Assembly: GCA_964016885.1 (NCBI GenBank)
Contig: OZ024761.1
Span: 13,392,001-13,456,000, forward strand
Length of the DNA stretch: 64,000 bases
From: Eledone cirrhosa
Lineage: Eukaryota
Direction of reading: 5' to 3'
Below the pieces are notes generated by a model. That model saw only the letters and a list, made by a program, of their open reading frames with translations. It did no database searches and was not told the DNA's origin. Position 1 is the stretch's first letter. Each line of letters starts with the position of its first letter. Shown here piece by piece: positions 30,232-43,562 of the stretch. A program made the translations under genes and the position numbers.

Positions 30232-30439
30232 CTGCTATGTCTAGCATATCTGACGACCAGGTAGTGTGGTGATGGTGATGATATATAAACTAGACATCAC
30301 AGTGCTATGAAACTCAAGTGACAAGGGAAGTAAATCCAGTTGAAATAAATGTTATACTCCAGAAGAAGTGTTCAGTTTCTCCCTCTTATAATTATTCAGT
30401 AAAAGTAACATTACTCTCTGTTTGGCACTCCACCCCCCC

Positions 30440-30572
<133 letters not shown>

Positions 30573-30592
30573 TATGTATGTATGTGTGTATA

Positions 30593-30625
<33 letters not shown>

Positions 30626-30704
30626 CTGTATATATATACATATGTATATACGTATATATATATATGTATATATATATATGTGTGTATATATATATGTATA
30701 TATG

Positions 30705-31335
30705 TATGTTGGTGCTACTGGTAACATGTATCCCAGTACAACCTGTCTCATGGTCGGGTCTTTGGCGACTAAACTGGCAACCCCACCAAGGTTTCTTGGT
30801 GAGGAGGGTGACTTTGGACATCCTGCAGGACTAAAAACAAAACCTGTCAAAGGGCAAAGGAGCTTTTAAGAGTCAATGGCCATCCAAAATCACCGGGAGA
30901 GATGACCCCTTTAGCCTTAGTCAAGGCAGAATTCTAGGAGAAGGAAAACTCTGATATAACACCTGCAACCCTGATGGTATCCAATGATGTTGACTTGTTC
31001 TTCTTTTTGGTAAATAGCATCTTGGTTAAGAGAGTGGGACTGGCTTTGTGCAGTGCCTTTGCTCACTATAAAAGCTTCACGGCACAGGCATTGCTTTATA
31101 TCTGGAGATCTCTCTGCGCTTGTCCTCACATGGGCCCAGCACTATGTGTCAATAATTGTCCTACCATGGGCCTAGCACTATGTGTCAATGATTGTCACAG
31201 GTGTAGTGTTTGTACCAGAGGTTTCAAGTCGCTGGCTGGACTAAAGGGTCACACTCGTTCAGCGCTTCGGTAGGGGTTATCCTACATGGATGTAAAGTAG
31301 TGGCCGTACTCGAAAACGAGTTGGCAGCCACCATA
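30705..31335 (+). mobile_element. Non-autonomous bipartite RTE derivative (RTE-like 5' UTR joined to an RTE-like C-terminus and 3' stem-loop)
   Basis: 5' motif ctaggagaaggaaaactctgat. The 3' part encodes [19 protein letters not shown] (C2H2-like RTE end). Terminal hairpin ctcg-aaaa-cgag. Confidence 0.7.
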
Positions 31336-32017
31336 TATGTATGTATATATATATGTATATATATATATGTATATATATATATGTGTGTATATATATATAT
31401 GTATATATATGTATGTATATATATATGTGTATATATATATATGTATGTATATATATATGTATATGTATGTATATATATATATATGTATATATATGTATAT
31501 ATATGTATATATATATATTTGTATATGTATATATATGTATATATATATATATATGTGTATATGTATATATATATGTATACATATATATATATATATATGT
31601 ATACATATATATATATATATATATATGTATATGTATATATATATATATGTATACATATATATATATATATGTATACATATATATATATATATGTATACAT
31701 ATATATATGTATATGTATATATATATATATGTATACATATATATATATATATGTATACATATATATATATATATGTATACATATATATATGTATACATAT
31801 ATATATATATATGTATACATATATATATATATATATGTATACATATATATATATATGTATACATATATATATATATGTATACATATATATATATATGTAT
31901 ACATATATATATATATATGTATACATATATATATATATATGTATACATATATATATATATATGTATACATATATATATATATACATATACATATATATAT
32001 ATATATATATATACATA

Positions 32018-33260
32018 TCATCATCATCATCATCATCGTTTAACGTCCATATTCCACACTTGCATGGGTTTGGACGGGGGTTTTCCCACTTGAGGCAAGA
32101 GTGGTTGTCTCACTCGTATAGGACTGTCTGGCGGGTTTTCTACGCCTGGATGCCCTTCCTAACACCAACCACATTTACAGTGTGGAACTGGGAGGTTTTT
32201 ACCGTGTTACCTACACGGCCACATTACAGCGTGGACTGTGTGTTATTTTGTCGTGACACCTATACGACCTCATTTGTTTCGGACTGGATGTTGTGACACC
32301 AACATAACTTTACATTGAAGGGGTGGGGTGGGAGTAGTGGGACGGGGTGTATTTTGTTAGAGGTGCCTACTGACTGTAATAGGTTTCACTTTGTACTTAG
32401 GTAAGGCGGGTCTTCTCTATTACTGTGTAACGCCAAAGCTCTCGGTCCAGTGACATTGTCTTGGAGAGGTGTAAGTGTGTGAGGTCTGAATTTATCAAGT
32501 CGTCCCAGGTTTTTCTGGGTCTGCCTACTCCGTGGCTACCGTCTATTTTTATTGCCCTGCACTTTTTTATACAGCTGTTGTCTTTCATGCGTATCACATG
32601 ACCATACCAACGTAGTCTTCTCTCGAGTAAACAATATCTGATCCCTCTTATTTCTAATTTCTCCCTTAAAACGTTTATGCTTTTCCGTTCACGTATGTTA
32701 CTATTACACATCCAGCGGAGCATGCAAGCTTCGTTTCTCTCCAGTCTGCGTATATCCTCTGCACACAATGCCCAGGTCTCACTGCCATGTAACATTGCTG
32801 TTCGTATGCAGGCATCATACAACCTGCCTTTCATTTTTAGAGAGAACCCTTTAGCGGCCAATAGTGGTATAAGCTCTCTGAACTTTTTCCATCCCGTTCT
32901 GACCCTAGCTACTGTACTTTCAGAGCAGCCTCCCCCACTGCTGATTTTATCACCCAGGTAACGGAAGCTGTCCTCTATTTCTATAGAACCATCTGTGCAA
33001 TGGAATGAGCTAGTATCCTGTGGCACTTGCTGCTACTTATTGCACCAGAGCACCGGCCACATATAAAATGTATATTCTTAGATAGTTTACCTGTGATCCC
33101 ACTACATCTTTTATGTACCCATGCTTTGCATTTGGGACATAAAATGGAGTTTCTACCTACTCCTTTCCTACACACTGAGCATGGCCATTTCCCAGATGGG
33201 ACCGGTGCCCTATTTTCCTTCCTACAAACTAGAACTTTAGTCTTAGACAAGTTAACTTTA
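32018..33260 (-). mobile_element. RTE-clade LINE family A, 5'-truncated: PHD finger, RT C-terminus, 3' UTR and (GAT)n tail
   Basis: [56 protein letters not shown]. Frameshift near 33027; (cat)n tail at about 32018-32037. Confidence 0.9.
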
Positions 33261-33293
<33 letters not shown>

Positions 33294-33323
33294 TACATAC
33301 ATATGTATATATATCTATCTATC

Positions 33324-33684
33324 TAAGGCGGGTAAAATTCCCGAGATCCATGGACGAGTTCTCTCCAGCGGTCTCTGTCCCTCATTATCGCTGCCATGTC
33401 CTGCGTCTCCAACAGACCAGTGTCTGTCCTTAAGGCATCAACATACGTTAACCTTGGGCTTCTTCTTCCAGTGTGTCCATGTAGGGGCTCCCACAGGAGC
33501 ACTGAGTGCAATGTCAACTCTGGATGTCGGTGAGCATGTCCAGCTAACCTCAGTCTCCTCTGTGTCACTTTTGAGCTGACTTTTGGGATGCTCCCATACA
33601 GCTCTGAGATTTTCATCCTCAGTGTATACTGATTAATGTTCAGAGCCATCCTCAGCATTCTCGTGTAGCACCCATCCACCATCT
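33324..33684 (-). mobile_element. RTE family B 3' fragment
   Basis: [17 protein letters not shown]...DRDRWRELV; near-identical to 44405-44765. Confidence 0.85.
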
Positions 33685-33841
33685 GGATATATATGTATGT
33701 ATGTGTGTATATATATATATATATGCACATATGTATGTATGTGTGTGTGTATATATATATATTTATATATATATATATATATGCACATATGTATGTATCT
33801 ATGTGTGTGTATATATATATATATATATGCACATATGTATG

Positions 33842-33881
<40 letters not shown>

Positions 33882-33911
33882 GCACATATGTATGTATGTG
33901 TACATATATAT

Positions 33912-34500
33912 AAGCATAAATGAATTGAGAGAGAGACTGCGCATAAGAGGAATCAAATGCTGTATGCAGGAGAGGCGGTTGCGCTGGTATGGACATGTGA
34001 TGCGTATGGAGGATGACAGCTGCATAAAAAGGTGCAGAGCACTAGAAGTTGATGGAAACCGCAGAGTGGGGAGACCCAAGATGACCTGGGATGAGGTGAT
34101 AAAAGCCGACCTTACCCAATTACACCTCTCAAAGGCGATGACACACGACCTTGACCTCTGGTGTCACGCAGTAATACAGAGTACCCGACCTCCCATGGGT
34201 ACATGCTGAAGCATATAAACAATATGCCCCCACACCCCCACCGCAAGGTGGTCGTGGAGGTGCCACGGCAAAAAAGCACCCAGCCCACACTGTAAAGTGG
34301 ACGTGTAGGCACCACGAAAAAGCACCCAGCACTCACTGTAAATGAGGTTGGTGTTAGGAAGGGCATCCAGCTGTAGAAATCACGCCAGATCAGTTCCTGT
34401 ATGAGCAAGGCATGGTCAGCCGACCAGACACTGCACACAACAGGACAACCCGTATAACCCATGCTAGCGCGGAAGAACGGACGTAAAACGCTGATGATGA
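33912..34500 (+). mobile_element. RTE subfamily A2 3' end with its own 3' UTR
   Basis: [21 protein letters not shown]...GRPKMTW. UTR ends ggacgtaaaacgctgatgatga. UTR copies on the minus strand at 39372-39685 and 43563-44058. Confidence 0.85.
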
Positions 34501-34501
34501 T

Positions 34502-34970
34502 ATGGTCGGGTCGTCGGCGATTAAACCGGCAACCCCACCAAGTTTACTTGATGAGGAAGGTGATTTTGGACACCCTGCAGGACAAAAAACAAAGGGCGGC
34601 AGAACTCATAAGAGTCAACAGCCATCCGAAAGTATAAATATGTATATACACATGTACCGCACGGTTAAACCACTGGCAGTGAAGGACCCCTAGCCTTTGT
34701 CAGGGCATTCTTCTAGGAGAAGGCAACTCAGGAAACTGGGATAACTCTGATATAAAACCTGCGATTCAGTAGTTACTGATGATGTTGATCTTTTCTTCTT
34801 TTCGGGTTATAGCTACTGTTGCTCAGAGAGTGGGATTGGCTCAGTGCACAGTCTTTCCTCACTTTAAAAAATATCTTCACGCACAGGCATTGCACGATAG
34901 AATTAACTAATAATTATTAATAATGGTATATCGTGCAATGGCCATACTCGATTACGAGGGGGCAGCCATC
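34502..34970 (+). mobile_element. Diverged relative of the bipartite RTE derivative
   Basis: Shares atggtcgggtc..ggcaaccccaccaag..ctgcaggac, ctaggagaagg and the 3' end ggccatactcgattacgagggggcagcc. Confidence 0.65.
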
Positions 34971-34971
34971 G

Positions 34972-35003
<32 letters not shown>

Positions 35004-35016
35004 TCATATATATGCA

Positions 35017-35411
35017 CAAGGGCAATCCCAAAAGTAAGGTCTCCTTCCGATATTACAACTTTTCCGTTAAAATCCTGTGGATGGTGCTTCGGGAAACCTC
35101 AGGAACCAAAATGCAGAGAGCATCCAGAGTGATCCGCCGATCTTTACGCATGTTTTCCTCGGAAGGGGACCTTACTTTTGGGATTGCCCTCTATATAATA
35201 ACTGCGCGAAATTCACACTTGGCGGTACCGTTCAACGGGAGCTCCATTCTCAACGGCTGCCAGGCCAAGATTGAGCATCCCAGTGAAGCGGGTGCATGCT
35301 TGTTTGGGAGTGAAGGAAGCACCAATCACAACAGTGTTGCCAACAGCCATACGAACAGTTTCTCTGCATCCCCATCGCTTTGGAGACCTTACTTTTGGGA
35401 TTACCCTCGTA
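35017..35411 (-). mobile_element. Mariner 5' remnant (35195-35411) abutting a same-family MITE (35017-35191)
   Basis: TIR (c)gaggg(c/t)aatcccaaaagtaaggtc occurs three times. The minus strand from 35247 reads [17 protein letters not shown], a mariner transposase-like N-terminus. Confidence 0.75.
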
Positions 35412-35482
35412 TATGCACATCATATGTATGTATATATATATATATATATGTGCATATCGTATGTATATGCACATCATATGTA

Positions 35483-35514
<32 letters not shown>

Positions 35515-35537
35515 CAGGGTGTATACATTTTTGGGGA

Positions 35538-35574
<37 letters not shown>

Positions 35575-35590
35575 CATAGATACAGAGATA

Positions 35591-35678
<88 letters not shown>

Positions 35679-35759
35679 TATATCTATGTCTGATGGCCCA
35701 CTGATAAACAGGCAAAACTCCAGAGTAACAAGACTCACTATTTAGCCTTAATAAAATGA

Positions 35760-35803
<44 letters not shown>

Positions 35804-35876
35804 GTGTATATATATGTGTATATATGTATGTATGTATATATGTATATATATATATATATGTGTATGTATATCTGTA

Positions 35877-35931
<55 letters not shown>

Positions 35932-35947
35932 CTGAGTACTATCTGTA

Positions 35948-35985
<38 letters not shown>

Positions 35986-35986
<1 letters not shown>

Positions 35987-37072
35987 CTAAGAACATAGAT
36001 TTTACATGTGGCCGGTGCTCTGGTGCAATAAGTAGCAGCAAGTGCCCACAAAATACTAGCTCTTTCAATTGCGCAGATGGTTCTATAGAAATAGTGGACA
36101 GCTTCCGTTACCTGGGCGATAAAATCAGCAGTGGGGGAGGGTGTTCTGAAAGTACAGTAGCTAGAGTCAGAACTGGTTGGAAAAAGTTCAGAGAGCTTAT
36201 ACCACTATTAGCTGCTAAAGGGTTCTCCCTAAAAATGAAAGGCAGGTTGTACGATGCCTGCATACGAACAGCAATGTTGCATGGCAGTGAGACCTGGGCA
36301 TTGTGTGCAGAGGATATACACAGACTAGAGAGGAACGAAGCTTGCATGCTCCGCTGGATGTGTAACAGTAATATACGTGAACGGCAAAGCATAAACGAAC
36401 TAAGGAAAAAATTAGAAATAAGAGGGATCAGATGTTGTTTACTCGAGAGAAGGCTACGTTGGTATGGACACGTGATGCGCATGAAAGTCGATAGCTGTAT
36501 AACAAAGTGCAGGGCAATAAAGATAGACGGTAGCCACGGAATAGGCAGACCTAGAAAAACCTGGGACGAGCTGATAAACTCCGACCTCACACACTTACAC
36601 CTCTCCAAGACAATGTCACTGGACCGAGACCTTTAGCGGTACTCAGTAACAGAGAAGACCCGCCTTACCTAAATACATAGTAAAACCTACTACAGCCAGT
36701 AGGCATCTCTAACAAAATACACCCCGTCCCACCACCCCCACCCCCACCCCATCCACACCACCCCGTTCTATGTAAAGTTATGTTGGTGCCGCGCCATCCA
36801 GGCCGAAACAAATGAGATCGTGTAGGTGTCACGACAAAAAAACACACAGTCCACGCTGTAATGTGACCGTGTAGGCAACACGGTAAAAACCTCCCAGACC
36901 CACACTGTAAATGTGGTTGGTGTTAGGAAGGGCATCCAACTGTAGAAAACCTGCCAGACAGTCCTATGCGAGCAAGACAATCACTCTTGCCTCAAGTGGG
37001 ACTACCCCCGTCCAAACCCATGCAAGCGTGGAACACGGACGTTAAACGTTGATGATGATGATGATGATGATG

Positions 37073-37074
<2 letters not shown>
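35986..37074 (+). mobile_element. RTE family A 3' fragment with 3' UTR and (GAT)n tail
   Basis: ORF 35953-36636 is highly similar to 32397-33026, with a premature TAG at 36634. UTR ends gttaaacgtt(gat)n. Confidence 0.9.
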
Positions 37075-37110
<36 letters not shown>

Positions 37111-37672
37111 CTATATATATGTATGTATATATATATTTGTGTGTGTATATAATCTCCACCACATCTCACCCATCCTCACACCCACCCTACCTGTATTTCA
37201 TCTCCTCCACCCTCACCATCTCCCCTGTCTTTACAGTCTCCTGACAGTGTGTATAACACCCAGACAAGCTCAGATCCTAACATGGTGGCAGTGGGGGGGG
37301 GGGGGGGGGGTTTACACAAGAAATGAGGAAAGTCCTACATTTGTGGCACATAGCATTCCATAGGGTAAGACTGGCTGTGTGTGTGTGTGTGGTAAGGATT
37401 GTGTGCATGTGTGTGTATTTTGGAGGGTACGACATATATATATATATATATATATATAGGAACCAGTAAGACCCCGACAGCTGAGCTCAAGCCGTTTCGA
37501 CGGCTAATTCTGGAACAGAATTAGCCGTCGGAACGGCTTGAGCTCAGCTGTCGGGGTCTTACTGGTTCCTATTACCCACTCTACTACCTCAAGTATTGAG
37601 TACTTTGGTGCGTTATGGTCCACCTGGTTCCTTACCACATTTCCTTCGTTATATATATATATATATATATAA

Positions 37673-37890
37673 GTGAAGGCGTGTGGCTGAGTGGTTAGAG
37701 AATTGGATTCGCAATCGTAAGGTTGTGAGTTCGATTCCTGGACTAGGCGATGCGTTATGTCCTTGAGCAAGACACTTTATTTCACGTTGCTCCTTCTACC
37801 TGGAGTTGCGACCGATAGATAGTATTAGCAATTGGAAAGATCAACGGAAACATTGTTCCCTCGGTCCGATTTGACGAAAGTCGATCGTTC
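37673..37890 (+). mobile_element. tRNA-derived SINE
   Basis: A-box tggctgagtgg, B-box gagttcgattcc, then gtccttgagcaagacacttt. Second copy at 51293-51515. Confidence 0.82.
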
Positions 37891-37927
37891 CTATATATAT
37901 ATATATAAATACATATATATATATATA

Positions 37928-38125
37928 TCATCATCATCATCAGGTTTAGCGTCCGTGTTCCACGCTTGCATGGGTTTGGACGGGGGTTTTCCCACTTGAG
38001 GCAAGAGTGGTTGTCCTGCTCGTATAGGACTGTCTGGCGGGTTTTCTACAGTTGGATGCCCTTCCTAACACCAACCACATTTACAGTGTGGGGCTGGGAG
38101 GTTTTTACCGTGTTGCCTACACGGA
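37928..38125 (-). mobile_element. RTE family A 3' UTR fragment
   Basis: Matches 32018-32220, including the (cat)n tail. Confidence 0.8.
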
Positions 38126-38130
38126 TATAA

Positions 38131-38191
<61 letters not shown>

Positions 38192-38210
38192 CATATATAT
38201 ATATATATAT

Positions 38211-38868
38211 AGATAAGAGGGATCAGATGTTGTTTACTCGAGAGAAGGCTACGTTGGTATGGACACGTGATGCGCATGAAAGTCGATAGCTGTATAACAA
38301 AGTGCAGGGCAATAAAGATAGACGGTAGTCACGGAATAGGCAGACCTAGAAAAACCTGGGACGAGCTGATAAACTCCGACATCACACACTTACACCTCTC
38401 CAAGACAATGTCACTGGACCGAGACCTTTGGCGGTACTCAGTAACAGAGAAGACCCGCCTTACCTAAATATATAGTAAAACCTACTCCAGCCAGTAGGCA
38501 TCTCTAACAAAATACACCCCGTCCCACCACCCCCACCCCCACCCGATCCACACCACCCCGTTCTATGTAAAGTTATGTTGGTGCCGCGCCATCGAGGCCG
38601 AAACAAATGAGATCGTGTAGGTGTCACGACAAAAAAACACACAGTCCACGCTGTAATGTGGCCGTGTAGGCAACACGGTAAAAACCTCCCAGACCCACAC
38701 TGTAAATGTGGTTGGTGTTAGGAAGGGCATCCAACTGTAGAAAACCTGCCAGACAGTCCTATGCGAGCAAGACAATCACTCTTGCCTCAAGTGGGACTAC
38801 CCCCGTCCAAACCCATGCAAGCGTGGAACACGGACGTTAAACGTTGATGATGATGATGATGATGATGA
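38211..38868 (+). mobile_element. RTE family A 3' end, near-identical to 36415-37074
   Basis: Direct repeat of about 655 bp encoding [12 protein letters not shown]...GRPRKTW, followed by the same UTR and tail. Confidence 0.9.
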
Positions 38869-38899
38869 TAAATACATATATATATATATATATATATAA

Positions 38900-38942
<43 letters not shown>

Positions 38943-38969
38943 CAGATATACATATATATATATATATAT

Positions 38970-39004
<35 letters not shown>

Positions 39005-39005
39005 A

Positions 39006-39042
<37 letters not shown>

Positions 39043-39043
39043 A

Positions 39044-39074
<31 letters not shown>

Positions 39075-39077
39075 TAA

Positions 39078-39163
<86 letters not shown>

Positions 39164-39191
39164 CTATATATATATATATATATATATATAA

Positions 39192-39228
<37 letters not shown>

Positions 39229-39229
39229 A

Positions 39230-39299
<70 letters not shown>

Positions 39300-39300
39300 A

Positions 39301-39369
<69 letters not shown>

Positions 39370-39371
39370 TA

Positions 39372-39685
39372 TCATCATCATCATCATCACCGTTTTACGT
39401 CCGTTCTTCCACGCTAGCATGGGTTAGACGGGTTGTCCTGTTGTGGGCAGTGTCTGGTCGGCTGACCATGCCTTGCTCATACAGGAACTGATCTGGCTTG
39501 ATTTCTACAGCTGGATGCCCTTCCTAACACCAACCTCATTTACAGTGAGTCCTGGGTGCTTTTTCGTGGCGCCTACACGTCCACTTTACAGTGTGGGCTG
39601 GGTGCTTTTTTGCCGTGGCACCTCCACGACCACCTTGCGGTGGGGGGGGGGGGGCATATTGTTTGTATGCTTCAGCATGTACCCA
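39372..39685 (-). mobile_element. RTE subfamily A2 3' UTR copy
   Basis: Reverse complement of 34195-34500, with a (cat)n tail. Confidence 0.8.
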
Positions 39686-39710
39686 TTTCAGATTTTTTTT
39701 ATCCATAACA

Positions 39711-39777
39711 TCTGTCTGATGACCGACCCAGACGTGATTTTAATATTGTCTGGGATCCAGAAACCTTTGGTAATGGA
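39711..39777 (+). ncRNA. Type I hammerhead motif (copies at 40894-40960 - and 41780-41845 +)
   Basis: tctgt CTGATGA ..cccagac..gtctggg.. GAAA cc-ttt-gg TA atgga; the base of stem II is imperfect. Confidence 0.6.
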
Positions 39778-39923
39778 ATAGATATATTTTGTGTTGTTCA
39801 CTTTCTAATTAATTATATATATATTTAAATACATATATATATATATATAAATACATATATATATATATATAAATACATATATATATATATATATTTTGCC
39901 CATATGAGTCTGTGAGTCTGTGA

Positions 39924-40272
<349 letters not shown>

Positions 40273-40463
40273 TATAAATACATATATACATATATATATA
40301 TATATATGTATATATATATGTATGTGTGTATAGTATATGCATACACACAGACTCAGACACAGACATACCGAAAGTGGGACAGGAAAGGGTAGAAGGGATC
40401 AGTAACCTCTTTCTCTCTTTCTCTCTCTTTGAATATATATATATTATATATGTATATATATAG

Positions 40464-40512
<49 letters not shown>

Positions 40513-41189
40513 CATATATATATATAATTATATCTATATGGTTGTAATGTAAACTCATACAAAATAAATCTGTTTCTTGTATTTTTTATTAATTCTGATG
40601 AACCCAATCATTTGTTCATATAATTAATTCACTAATAATTAATTATATGTTACATGAGATGGAAGAAACATGATAGAATTAAAACATGATATAATTAACA
40701 GTCTTTGATCTTATTTTCAACCATCATAATCATCATTTTACATTCACTTTTCCCTGCTTGCAATGGTGGGACGGGTCCTATTCAGCACAGCATCATTTCA
40801 TTTGATACGGTCCTTCGTCATTTCCACGTGAGCTTCAGCGATCTGACGTTATATATATTTAATTAGAAAGTGAACAACACAAAATATATCTATTCCATTA
40901 CCAAAGGTTTCTGGATCCCAGACAATATTAAAATCACGTCTGGGTCGGTCATCAGACAGATGTTATGGATAAAAAAAATCTGAAATGAGATTTAAAATCT
41001 GTGAAAAATTGGAAGTGAGGTTGGAAAAATTACAGCAAATATACATAAGAAAAAAATATAGGAAAAAATATATAAAAAAGAAGGGTAAGAAAAATACACA
41101 CACAAACACACACACACATATATATATATGTATATATTATAATAAAATAACAGGACGCTGGACTTGTGTAAATCCTTGAAAGGTTTATT

Positions 41190-41247
41190 ATACTATGATC
41201 ATTTCAATGACCGGGTTCCGTATGAATCCGGTGATATCATCAGGTAT
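41190..41247 (-). ncRNA. Minimal type I hammerhead ribozyme
   Basis: Minus strand: atac CTGATGA tatcaccggattc..gaacccggtcatt GAAA tgatca TA gtat; palindromic stem III. Confidence 0.68.
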
Positions 41248-41367
41248 TCGAAATATAATAAATGCATGTAACAGATAAAATCGATGGGGCTGAAAATCAT
41301 AGACCCGAGGACGACCGACCATCTAGCATCTTCCACTTTAGCCAGTCGCCTTCAAGTGTATATATAT

Positions 41368-41706
41368 GTGGAGGCACATGGCTTAGTGGTTAGAGCATTG
41401 GCCTTGCAATCGAAAGGTTGTGAGTTCAATTCTCAGCAGACCAAGTGATGTGTTGTTTCCTTGAGCAAGACACTTTATTTCACATTGCTCCAGTTTACTC
41501 AGCTGTAGAAATGAGATGATAGGGACTGGGGTCCATATCATTCCACTGTAAGGTGGACGTGTAGGCACCACGGAAAAAAGCACCCAGCACTCACTGTAAA
41601 TGAGGTTGGTGTTAGGAAGGGCATCCAGCTGTAGAAATCAAGCCAGAATCAGTTCCCGTCCCACCCTTGCAAGCAGGGAAAAGCGGACGTAAAATGAAAT
41701 GATGAT
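41368..41706 (+). mobile_element. Full-length tRNA-derived SINE with an RTE-A2-type 3' tail
   Basis: A-box tggcttagtgg, B-box-like gagttcaattct, central ccttgagcaagacacttt domain. Tail matches the RTE UTR at 34290-34390 and ends in gatgat. Confidence 0.85.
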
Positions 41707-41963
41707 ATATATATATGTACACATTTTTATTTATTTTTAACAGATTTAAAATCTCATTTCATATTTTTTATCCATAACATCTGTCTGATGACTGATCGTG
41801 ACATATATTGATATTGTCTGGGATCCAGAAACTTTTGGTAATGGAGTAGTTATATTTTGTGTTGTTCACTTTCTAATTAAATAGCTCTGTTCTATATATA
41901 GAGCACTCTTTTTTCCTTTGGAATTATCTAACACACACACACATATATATATATATACAATGT

Positions 41964-43107
41964 TCATAGCTGAATCAATGGCTGAACTAGAGAAGAAATT
42001 CCAAACATGAAAGCATGGCCTAGAATCAAAAGGCCTTAAAATTAACTTGTCTAAGACTAAAGTTCTAGTATGTAGGAAAGAAAATAGGGCACAGGTCCCC
42101 TCTGGGAAATGGCCATGCTCTGTGTGTAGGAAAGGAGTAGGCAGAAACTCCATTTTATGTCCCAAATGCAAAGTATTGGTGCATAAAAGATGTAGTGGGA
42201 TCACAGGTAAGCTAACTAAGAACATAGATTTATATGTGGCCGGTGCTCAGGTGCAATAAGTAGTAGTAAGTGCCCACAGGATACTAGCTCCTTCCATTTC
42301 CCAGATGGTTCTATAGAAATAGTTAACACCTTCCGTTACCTGGGTGACAAAATCAGCAGTAGTGGAGGGTGTTCTGAAAGTACAGTAGCTAGAGTCAGAA
42401 CAGGATGGAAAAAGTTCAGAGAGCTTATACCACTATTGGCCGCTAAAGGTTTCTCTCTAAAAATGAAGGCAGGCTGTATGATGCCTGCATACGAACAGCA
42501 ATGTTACATGGCAGTGAGACATGGGCATTACGTGCAGAGGATCTGTGCAGACTGGAGAAGAAACAAAGCTTGCATGCTCCGCTGGATGTGTAATAGTAAT
42601 ATACGTGAATGGCAAAGCATAAATGAACTAAGTGAGAAATTAGGAATAAGAGGGATCAGATGCTGTTTACTCGAGAGAAGACTACGTTGGTATGGTCACG
42701 TAATACGCATGAAAGACAACAGCTGTATAAAAAAGTGCAGGGCAATCAAAATTGATGGAAGCTACGGAGTAGGCAGACCCATAAAAACCTGAGAGGATTT
42801 GACTCTCCAAGACAATGTCACTGGACCAAGATCTTTGGCGCTACGCAGTAATACAGAAGACCCACTTTGCCTAAGTACAAAGCGAAACCTACAGTCAGTA
42901 GGCACCTCTGAACCAAAAATACACACTGATCCCACTACCCCTACCCCCACCCCATCTATACCACCCCTTTCTCTGTAAAGTTATGTTGGTACCACAACAC
43001 CCGGTCCTAAATAAATGAGGTCGTGTAGGTGTCACGACAATAAAAACACAGTCCACGCTGTTATGTGGCCGTGTAGGTAACACAGTAATGATGATGATGA
43101 TGATGAT
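41964..43107 (+). mobile_element. RTE family A fragment (end of RT core, PHD finger, C-terminus, UTR), degraded
   Basis: [47 protein letters not shown], with several frameshifts and stops; (gat)n tail. Confidence 0.88.
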
Positions 43108-43120
43108 ATTTATATATATA

Positions 43121-43345
43121 GGCGGTGGATTGGCAGTATCGGTAGAGCGTCAGACACCATGCTTTTCAGCATAGAGTTATGCCCCTTTACGTGCTGAATT
43201 CAAATCCCGCCGAGGTTAACTTTGCCTTTCATCCTTACGGGGGTCGATAAAATAAAGTACCAGTAATGCACTTGGGTAATTGTCCCATCTAACCCATGCT
43301 AGCATGGAAGAACGGACTTAAAACAGTGATGATGATGATGATATA
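43121..43345 (+). mobile_element. SINE of the 16350 family joined to an RTE-A2 terminal tail
   Basis: Head ggcggtggattggcagtatcggtagag and core, then ctaacccatgctagcatggaagaacggac..(gat)n. Confidence 0.72.
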
Positions 43346-43376
43346 TATATATATATATATGTAATAAAGAACACAA

Positions 43377-43421
43377 TCCATTACCCAAGGTTTCACGAAG
43401 TCAGATGGTTCATCAGATAGA
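43377..43421 (-). ncRNA. Type I hammerhead motif
   Basis: Minus strand: tctat CTGATGA ac..gt GAAA cc-ttg-gg TA atgga. A 3'-half copy is at 44250-44281. Confidence 0.6.
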
Positions 43422-43562
43422 GATCTTTAATTTGGATATAAGATATGAAATTAAAAACTAATATTGATGAAAGTGAGGCTGAAATAAAATAACGGAGGAA
43501 AAATTCATGTACCCACAGAATAAGGATTGCGTGCATGTATGTGTGTTTTGGATGGTACGATA

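Noticed and set aside
37673-37750. Possible tRNA genes here and at 41368 and 51293
   Set aside because: The tRNA-like heads continue into SINE bodies and lack a full acceptor stem.
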